NCBI GenBank assembly: GCA_015233335.1
Contig: JADFXX010000005.1
Location: forward strand, 65,550-129,549
Length of the DNA stretch: 64,000 bases
Direction of reading: 5' to 3'
Source: Candidatus Omnitrophota bacterium
Lineage (GTDB): Bacteria > Omnitrophota > Gorgyraeia > Zapsychrales > Fredricksoniimonadaceae
Part shown: piece by piece, positions 58,207-64,000 of the stretch
Position numbering within the stretch: the first letter of the stretch is position 1
Layout of the letters: every line of letters starts with the position of its first letter
Translations under genes and position numbers: made by a program
The notes under the pieces: model-generated
What the model was told of the DNA's origin: nothing
Seen by the model: the letters and a program-made list of their open reading frames with translations, nothing else
Databases searched by the model: none

Positions 58207-59403
58207 ATGAGCGGGATTACTGTTTATAAAGATAAATGTACGGGTTGTTCGCTTTGTGCCAAGGCATGTCCTTTTGACGCCATCACGATGGTTGACAAGA
58301 AACCTGTGATTGATTTAGACAAGTGTACCCTGTGCAGTTCCTGTGTAGAGGCCTGCCGCAAGTTTGGGGCCGTCGAAATCATACGCACGACAACCCAAAC
58401 ACCGGATATAGAAAAATACAAAGGGGTTTGGGTTTTTGCGCAACAGAGAAAAGGTGTCGTCCAGCCGGTCACCTACGAATTGCTGGGGAAGGCCCGTGAG
58501 CTTGCGGATAAACTGAAAGTCGATGTGACCTGCGTTCTATTGGGACACAATATTAAAGACAAGGCTCAGGACTTGATTTTCCGCGGGGCCGATAAAGTTT
58601 ATGTGGTGGATCATCCTAAGCTTGAGCATTTGCTGGAAGAGCCGTATGCGCGGATTGTTTCGAATCTTATAAGAAAACACAGGCCCGAGATCTTTTTGTG
58701 TCCGGCCACCAGTGTGGGAAGATCAGTGATCTCGAGAGTTGCGGTCCAGTTACGCGTTGGCCTGACAGCGGATTGCACGGGTTTGGACGTTAATGTGGAT
58801 GAACGATATCTGATGCAAACGCGGCCTGCTTTCGGCGGAAGTATTATGGCTACGATCCTGTCAAAACATCACAGACCGCAACTTGCCACGGTCCGTCACA
58901 AAGTGATGAAAGAAGCAAGTGCAGACCCCTCAAGAAAAGGCGTCATTGAAGTTGTCGAATTTGACAACACCTTTTTTATCTCAAGGACAAAGGTCCTGAA
59001 TGTGGTTGATGAAGTGACCTCAACGGTCAATATCGGCGAAGCCAACATAATCGTCGCGGGCGGACGGGCCATGGGGGGCAAAGAGAATTTTAAAATGCTT
59101 GAAGACTTGGCAAAGGTTTTAAACGGTGCAGTGGGCGCTTCACGTGCCGCTGTTGATGAGGGATGGGTGCCTTATTCCCATCAGGTCGGGCAGACCGGGA
59201 AGACCGTATGTCCGACTATTTACATTGCTTGCGGCATTTCCGGCCAGATCCAGCATCTTGTGGGGATGCAATCCTCGGATGTGATCATCGCGATCAACAG
59301 GGATCCGGCCGCTCCGATTTTTAATGTCGCTAATTACGGGATTGTCGGCGATGTCTTTGAGATCGTGCCCCTTTTAACAAAACGATTTCAAGAAGTTCTA
59401 TAA
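58207..59403 (+). CDS. etfA: Electron transfer flavoprotein alpha subunit with N-terminal 2x[4Fe-4S] ferredoxin domain
   Basis: 398 aa; CTGCSLCAKACP and CTLCSSCVEAC cluster motifs in the first 60 aa, then an EtfA body (IVAGGRAMGG, YIACGISGQIQHLVGM). Confidence 0.9.
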   Translation: MSGITVYKDKCTGCSLCAKACPFDAITMVDKKPVIDLDKCTLCSSCVEACRKFGAVEIIRTTTQTPDIEKYKGVWVFAQQRKGVVQPVTYELLGKARELADKLKVDVTCVLLGHNIKDKAQDLIFRGADKVYVVDHPKLEHLLEEPYARIVSNLIRKHRPEIFLCPATSVGRSVISRVAVQLRVGLTADCTGLDVNVDERYLMQTRPAFGGSIMATILSKHHRPQLATVRHKVMKEASADPSRKGVIEVVEFDNTFFISRTKVLNVVDEVTSTVNIGEANIIVAGGRAMGGKENFKMLEDLAKVLNGAVGASRAAVDEGWVPYSHQVGQTGKTVCPTIYIACGISGQIQHLVGMQSSDVIIAINRDPAAPIFNVANYGIVGDVFEIVPLLTKRFQEVL

Positions 59404-59422
59404 ATACACGAATCGTGAGGTC

Positions 59423-59547
59423 TCATTAGCCTCAACATTAAGGTGCTCCTCAAGCGGGGGCAACCCTGACGGCAGCTTCGATGGTGGTTACCCCTCAACC
59501 GCCCCCATGTGCAGGTGCCGTGCGCGCCTTAATATTGAGGCTAATGA
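59423..59547 (-). repeat. Imperfect-palindrome structured intergenic element, copy B (inverted relative to copy A)
   Basis: 21-position stem TCATTAGCCTCAACATTAAGG (59423-59443) / CCTTAATATTGAGGCTAATGA (59527-59547) with one C/A mismatch, enclosing an 83-nt interior. Its reverse complement aligns without gaps to copy A. Confidence 0.6.
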
Positions 59548-59577
59548 CACTTTGCTTGACAAAAGAAAGATAAATTT

Positions 59578-61221
59578 ATGAGCAATGACAATTTGATCGA
59601 AACGGACGTTTTAGTGATCGGCGGTGGACCTGCGGGACTGGCCTTTGCCATCCATTATGCGGATCTTAGCAAGAAAAACAATCTTCCTATAAAGGTCATG
59701 ATACTCGAGAAGGCTGCAGTGCTCGGTAATCATACTCTTTCCGGGGCTGTTATGAATTTAAAGAATATCAGCCAACTATTGCCGGATGTTGATCTTACAA
59801 CCATTCCTACCCAAACTCCGGTCCAGCAAGAAGAGATCTTGTTTTTAACAAAGAAAAATGCCTTTGCCCTGCCGTTTCATCCCAAGGCCATGTCTAATAA
59901 AGGCAACCATATTTTATCTTTAGGGGCCATGGTCCGCTGGCTTGGGCAAATTGCCGAACAAAAAGGAGTTGAGATATTTGCCGGAGTCGCAGGGCATGAA
60001 CCTATTTTTGAGAATGGCAAATTGGTTGGTGTTTTTACAGGTGCGTCGGGACTCGATCATGAAGGCAAACCGATGGCCAATTACCAACCGCCCACGGAAG
60101 TCAGGGCAAAGATCATTATTTTGGCTGAAGGGTCCAGAGGCCATTTGACGAAGAAACTGATCGAAAAATATAGTTTAGCGCAAGATAAGAATCCGCAGGT
60201 CTATTCGCTGGGCGTTAAAGAAGTTTGGGAAGTCCCGGAAGGCGCTTTTCTTCAGGGACGTGTTTGCCATACTCTTGGATTTCCACTTAGCAGCGACCAA
60301 TTCGGTGGCGGCTTTGTTTACGGTTTTAGTAAAACACAGGTAGTCATCGGTTTTTGTTCTGGCCTCGATTATTCAAATCCAGCCTTTGACCCTCATGGTG
60401 CGCTACAAATGTACAAGACACATCCACGGATCGCAGGGATCATCAAAAATGGCAAGCTCATCAAGTATGGGGCAAAGAATATCCCGGAAGGGGGATTGTT
60501 CTCCCTGCCTAAGCTCTATCATGATAATTTTATGCTGATCGGTGATGCCGCCGGGATGGTCGCAATGCCGAGTTTAAAGGGGATCCATTTAGGGATAAAG
60601 GCGGGCATGACCGCGGCCCAGGCGGCTTTTGAGGCGATCAAAGCCCAAGACACTTCAAAAGAAACCTTAAGTCTATATGAAAAATTATTTAAAGATACAC
60701 CTGAATACCGTGAATTGTATGCCTCCCGGAATTTCCGCCAATGTTTCACATCTAATTTATATTTTGGGTTCTTAAAGTTCGGTATCAATCTCATAACAGG
60801 AGGTCGAGGGCTTTCATTAAGCGGAAAATCGAAATTGGAGGCTGATTATAAACATTGCGAGACAGCATCCAAAGACAATCATTTACCGAAGGTTGCCTTT
60901 GACAACAAGATGCTTTTTGATAAAGAAGCGGATTTGTTCTTTTCCGGGACTAAGCACAATGAGGAACAACCTTGCCATATACTTATTTCGAGCAGGGATA
61001 CCTGCGTTGATTGTATAGAACGTTTTGAAGCCCCTTGTCAGCATTTTTGTCCGGCCCAGGTGTTTGAATTAAGCCGTGATGCTCAAACCAATAAGGGAAA
61101 GATTATTTTACACCCCTCGAACTGTGTCCACTGTAAAACATGTGACATCAAAGATCCCTTCCAAAATGTGACCTGGGTGCCTCCCTATGGCGCTGATGGC
61201 CCGCAGTATGACAACATGTAA
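59578..61221 (+). CDS. Electron transfer flavoprotein:quinone oxidoreductase (ETF-QO)
   Basis: 547 aa; FAD fold DVLVIGGGPAGLAFA; C-terminal 4Fe-4S region CVHCKTCDIKDPFQNVTWVPPYGADGPQYDNM typical of ETF-QO. Confidence 0.9.
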   Translation: MSNDNLIETDVLVIGGGPAGLAFAIHYADLSKKNNLPIKVMILEKAAVLGNHTLSGAVMNLKNISQLLPDVDLTTIPTQTPVQQEEILFLTKKNAFALPFHPKAMSNKGNHILSLGAMVRWLGQIAEQKGVEIFAGVAGHEPIFENGKLVGVFTGASGLDHEGKPMANYQPPTEVRAKIIILAEGSRGHLTKKLIEKYSLAQDKNPQVYSLGVKEVWEVPEGAFLQGRVCHTLGFPLSSDQFGGGFVYGFSKTQVVIGFCSGLDYSNPAFDPHGALQMYKTHPRIAGIIKNGKLIKYGAKNIPEGGLFSLPKLYHDNFMLIGDAAGMVAMPSLKGIHLGIKAGMTAAQAAFEAIKAQDTSKETLSLYEKLFKDTPEYRELYASRNFRQCFTSNLYFGFLKFGINLITGGRGLSLSGKSKLEADYKHCETASKDNHLPKVAFDNKMLFDKEADLFFSGTKHNEEQPCHILISSRDTCVDCIERFEAPCQHFCPAQVFELSRDAQTNKGKIILHPSNCVHCKTCDIKDPFQNVTWVPPYGADGPQYDNM

Positions 61222-61243
61222 GGTTGAGCGATTGACCCTAAAA

Positions 61244-61669
61244 TTAATTGGGGCAATAAGTAGGATGAGCAGGGTAGGCACAGCTGGGGTTATTATTTTT
61301 TACGATCGCGGCGTTTCTTACCGCTAGGACGAAAGTGTTATCCGATGTGTTTGTTGCTGTACAGGTGAATCCTGTAACATTGCTGCAGGTATAATTGAAG
61401 TACGCGTCGGTAATTTGTGTCTTGAGGTTTCCGTTGATATTAGCAAGGGTTGAGCAGTTATTAGGGAAGGTGCCAAAGCAATAAGCACCGTTATTGTAAT
61501 AGAAGGTCTTTTGAGCGCCATAAATTGTTATTAAATTGTTTTGGGCAGCATTGGCCTCTCCTTGCAGGATGTTAGCCGTATAACTGGGGAGAATGATAGC
61601 CGTTAAAACTCCTATAATAATTGTAGCCACTAATATTTCAATTAAGGTAAATCCTTTTTTGCCGATCAT
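61244..61669 (-). CDS. Type IV pilin-like / pseudopilin protein with prepilin N-terminal methylation motif
   Basis: 141 aa; MIGKKGFTLIEILVATIIIGVLTAIILP (G|FTLIE class III signal). The C-terminal half has 6 Cys and several N-x-S/T triplets; GAGAGGTGG RBS. Confidence 0.8.
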   Translation of the reverse strand: MIGKKGFTLIEILVATIIIGVLTAIILPSYTANILQGEANAAQNNLITIYGAQKTFYYNNGAYCFGTFPNNCSTLANINGNLKTQITDAYFNYTCSNVTGFTCTATNTSDNTFVLAVRNAAIVKNNNPSCAYPAHPTYCPN

Positions 61670-61797
61670 AGCGCCCCACCTCTCACTTAAGATATAGCAC
61701 GATAGGCACAGAAAATCAAATATAAGCCGATTTTTTGTTTATGGATAAAATTGTCTTAATGTGGTAAATTAAATTTAATGGAAGAAGGGAAATAAAT

Positions 61798-62166
61798 ATG
61801 CCAAAGAAAATTTTGGTGGTAGATGATGATGCGGACATGGTGTTTATCCTCAAATCCACCTTGGAGAAAAGTGGTTATGAAGTCTTCACCGCGTCCGATG
61901 GGGAGCAGGGCTTAAAGCTCATTAAAACTAACGTCCCTGATCTGATGATCGTCGATCTGACTATGCCGGTCATGAACGGCTGGAGCTTTAATATGAGAGT
62001 TCGCGGGGATGAGCGGTATAAAAAAACACCGATCATTATATTAAGCGGATTATTGGAACGTGAAGCATCCTCTGACAAAATGGAGGATGGTATTACGTAT
62101 GTTCCTAAACCATTTGATATATTCGCCCTGATGGATCGAGTCAAAGAATTGTTGAATGAAATATGA
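61798..62166 (+). CDS. Single-domain response regulator (CheY-like receiver)
   Basis: 122 aa; KILVVDDDADM, DLMIVDLTMPVMNG, VPKPF blocks. Confidence 0.85.
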   Translation: MPKKILVVDDDADMVFILKSTLEKSGYEVFTASDGEQGLKLIKTNVPDLMIVDLTMPVMNGWSFNMRVRGDERYKKTPIIILSGLLEREASSDKMEDGITYVPKPFDIFALMDRVKELLNEI

Positions 62167-62687
62167 AAAAAATATTATTGTTGCTCTTAGTGTTAGGTTT
62201 GGCGGGTTGTGCGACCAGTGTTAGATATGTGAGTTACACCCAGCAAAAATTCCGTCCAAAGCCGAGGGATTATTTTATTGTCACGTATTCTAATACCCAG
62301 CCTCCTCCCGCCACTCCAACTTATACAGTTATCGGAAGGCTTGAAATATCAGGTCATGCCAGTGATGGGGTGAGCTCCAATACTTTAACTGATCAATCCC
62401 AAGCCATTGCCCGGCAAAAGGGCGCGGATGCTATCATTAATGCTGAGACTCAAGCCCTGAACTATAGCTGGGTTGTTGTTCACCCTGCGCATACCACCTA
62501 TCATCCTGTAGTCGTATCGGAGACTTACTACGGACACGGACATGAGGTGCTAGAAACTGCGTATGTGCCGCATTATCATCCCACCCGGTATATTCCTTAT
62601 AATGATACCATCATGACATTTAAAGGTGATTTGGTTGTTTTTGTTGCCGCCCAGTCAAGTTCTTCCAGCGTTAATCAAAAGAAATAA
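62163..62687 (+). CDS. Lipoprotein of unknown function
   Basis: 174 aa; lipobox LLLVLGLAGC|A; His/Tyr-rich C-terminal region; ATGA overlap with the receiver gene. Confidence 0.65.
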   Translation: MKKILLLLLVLGLAGCATSVRYVSYTQQKFRPKPRDYFIVTYSNTQPPPATPTYTVIGRLEISGHASDGVSSNTLTDQSQAIARQKGADAIINAETQALNYSWVVVHPAHTTYHPVVVSETYYGHGHEVLETAYVPHYHPTRYIPYNDTIMTFKGDLVVFVAAQSSSSSVNQKK

Positions 62688-62788
62688 CCCCCTTGATCGA
62701 TAAATTTGCTTTTTTGAGTAAAGCCGTATATATTTGAAATAGGAACAAATGGAACATCCAGAATAATAAGAATAGTCTGGAGCTAATA

Positions 62789-63385
62789 ATGAATATCGAG
62801 AATGAGGGGAAAAGACCATTAACCACAGGGCAGATTGCCCAATACTGCCATGTTACCCATAGAGGAGTGCTTAAATGGGTTGAATCCGGCAAATTAAAGG
62901 CCTATCGTACGCCAGGCATGCATAGCCGGGTTAGTATTGAAGATTTTTTATCTTTCCTTAAAGAATATAACATGCCTGTTCCGGCTGTTTTACAGCCAGC
63001 CATGACACATAAGAAAATCCTGATCGTTGATGATGACCGCAGCATTGTCCATTCTTTACAAAGAGTGCTGATGCTTGAGAACAAGTATATTATAGAAGCG
63101 GCCTATGATGGATTCCAGGCAGGTTTGAAATTGTCCGAATTTAAACCTGATTTTGTTATTCTGGATATCTGTATGCCGGGAGTGGACGGGTATCAGGTTT
63201 GCGCTCATATACGAAAGGAGTTGGACAATAAGAAGATTAAGATCCTTGCGGTGTCAGGAATGAATGAAGCTCAGGATATTAAAAAAATTATGGATTTAGG
63301 GGCCGATGATTATTTGGAAAAACCGTTTAGTAATGAAGAATTGCAGAAGAAAATTAATCGTATTTTGTGGGGGCAAAAAGCATGA
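62789..63385 (+). CDS. Response regulator with N-terminal excisionase/MerR-type HTH domain
   Basis: 198 aa; LTTGQIAQYCHVTHRGVLKWVESGKLKAYRTPGMHSRV (HTH), then receiver KILIVDDDRSI...FVILDICMPGVDG...EKPF. Confidence 0.75.
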   Translation: MNIENEGKRPLTTGQIAQYCHVTHRGVLKWVESGKLKAYRTPGMHSRVSIEDFLSFLKEYNMPVPAVLQPAMTHKKILIVDDDRSIVHSLQRVLMLENKYIIEAAYDGFQAGLKLSEFKPDFVILDICMPGVDGYQVCAHIRKELDNKKIKILAVSGMNEAQDIKKIMDLGADDYLEKPFSNEELQKKINRILWGQKA

Positions 63386-64000
63386 AAGCGTTTGGAACCC
63401 ATTTTTCTGTGCGTTTCTTTACAGCGATCCTCATATGTTCAGGGGCGCTGCTGGTTATGCTGGCCATTTATGATTATAGGGCAGAAGAAGCGATAAAGAA
63501 TTTGAAGGAACATTACGATCAGATCGATCATTTTAGAAATGATATTATTCAATTTGATGAAATTTTGACAACCTCAGCCCGTATGGCCGCGGCAACAGGG
63601 GACCTCAAGTGGGAAAAACGTTTTCAAGAATATGAGCCTAAACTCACTGCCGCCATACGTCAGGCCACCAATGTATCCCCGGAAATATACCGGGAAGACC
63701 GCAGTCACATCCGTACGATCGAATTGCTGGATATGGAACACAAAGCTTTTGATTTGATCGGGCATGGTCAGGGTCGGGCCGCTATGGATATTTTATTCGG
63801 CAAACAGTATGAAATTCAAAAGAATGCCTATACCGGCGCAATCGAACGTTTAAACGCACTTCTTAAGCACCAGATGCAGGCGGCCCTGGAGGTTGAACAT
63901 AGTAAAGAATACTTAAGCCGGGTTTCTTTTATCACCGTGCTTTGCCTGCTTTTATTGTCCTGGTTGATCATTTTGCGCATTGCACGAAAGTCGCAGGAAG
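63382..64000 (+). CDS. Membrane sensor protein, N-terminal part (3' end outside the window); probably a sensor kinase or cyclase
   Basis: Not in the ORF track. Frame 1 is open from the ATG at 63382 (ATGA overlap with the upstream stop) to the window end. It reads MKAFGTHFSVRFFTAILICSGALLVMLAIY (TM1), a ~150-aa helical extracytoplasmic region, then VSFITVLCLLLLSWLIILRI (TM2). Confidence 0.5.
   Translation, partial: MKAFGTHFSVRFFTAILICSGALLVMLAIYDYRAEEAIKNLKEHYDQIDHFRNDIIQFDEILTTSARMAAATGDLKWEKRFQEYEPKLTAAIRQATNVSPEIYREDRSHIRTIELLDMEHKAFDLIGHGQGRAAMDILFGKQYEIQKNAYTGAIERLNALLKHQMQAALEVEHSKEYLSRVSFITVLCLLLLSWLIILRIARKSQE

Noticed and set aside
59404-59577. Possible tRNA, riboswitch or integron attC site in the etfA to ETF-QO spacer
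   Set aside because: There is no cloverleaf and no T-loop (GTTCNANNC-like) sequence. There are no GTTRRRY/RYYYAAC core sites and no integrase nearby. I recognise no known riboswitch core. The region is kept as an unclassified palindromic element instead.
62789-63385. Excisionase-family HTH as a marker of a prophage or integrative element
   Set aside because: The HTH is fused to a receiver domain and embedded in a signalling cluster. No integrase, att-like direct repeats, phage genes or tRNA target are present in the window.

Overview
The window is a densely packed bacterial chromosomal segment using the standard genetic code. About 60 genes are present, almost all on the + strand, and many start/stop overlaps of the ATGA type indicate translational coupling. 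I recognised no rRNA, tRNA, CRISPR array, transposase or integrase. (1) nt 1-43,670 is one very large surface-glycan locus that continues upstream of the window. It opens with a nonulosonic-acid (sialic-acid-like) module: neuB (partial), neuC, a CBS-nucleotidyltransferase and neuA, with a B12-domain radical SAM gene coupled to neuA. A divergent MBOAT + DltD-like O-acylation pair follows. Next is a run of about 22 co-directional genes (7.6-31.9 kb). It contains a second, KdsB-like CMP-activation branch with a HisC-type aminotransferase, two Gfo/Idh/MocA oxidoreductases, a 2-hydroxyacid dehydrogenase, an IMPase-type phosphatase and a GmhA-like SIS isomerase. It also contains eight SAM methyltransferases (one of them outside the run at 34.5 kb), an AsnB-type amidotransferase + heparinase II/III-like pair, and GT2/GT4 glycosyltransferases. 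The locus further holds an antisense metF, polytopic GT-C-like proteins, a Wzy_C (ligase/polymerase/O-OTase-like) protein, a GT26 enzyme, a WbaP-like initiating phosphoglycosyltransferase, and gmd (plus a divergent paralogue) with fcl. (2) nt 43.7-51.4 kb is core: a consensus promoter, pgk-tpiA-secG and a five-gene Opp/Dpp-type ABC transporter. (3) nt 51.4-64 kb holds a TPR membrane protein, glgC, a fabV/ter - acyl-CoA dehydrogenase - etfB - ferredoxin-fused etfA - ETF-QO cluster, a Cys- and sequon-rich type IV pilin-like gene, and a small regulatory cluster running off the window. The signals most worth a second look are these. (a) Two copies, in opposite orientation, of a ~120-125 nt imperfect-palindrome intergenic element (51508-51628 and 59423-59547) with identical 83-nt interiors in length and compensatory base changes in the closing stem. 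(b) The radical SAM gene coupled to the CMP-nonulosonate synthetase. (c) The unassigned CMP-activation branch at 10.5-18.7 kb. All functional calls come from motifs read by eye in the supplied translations; no database search was possible.
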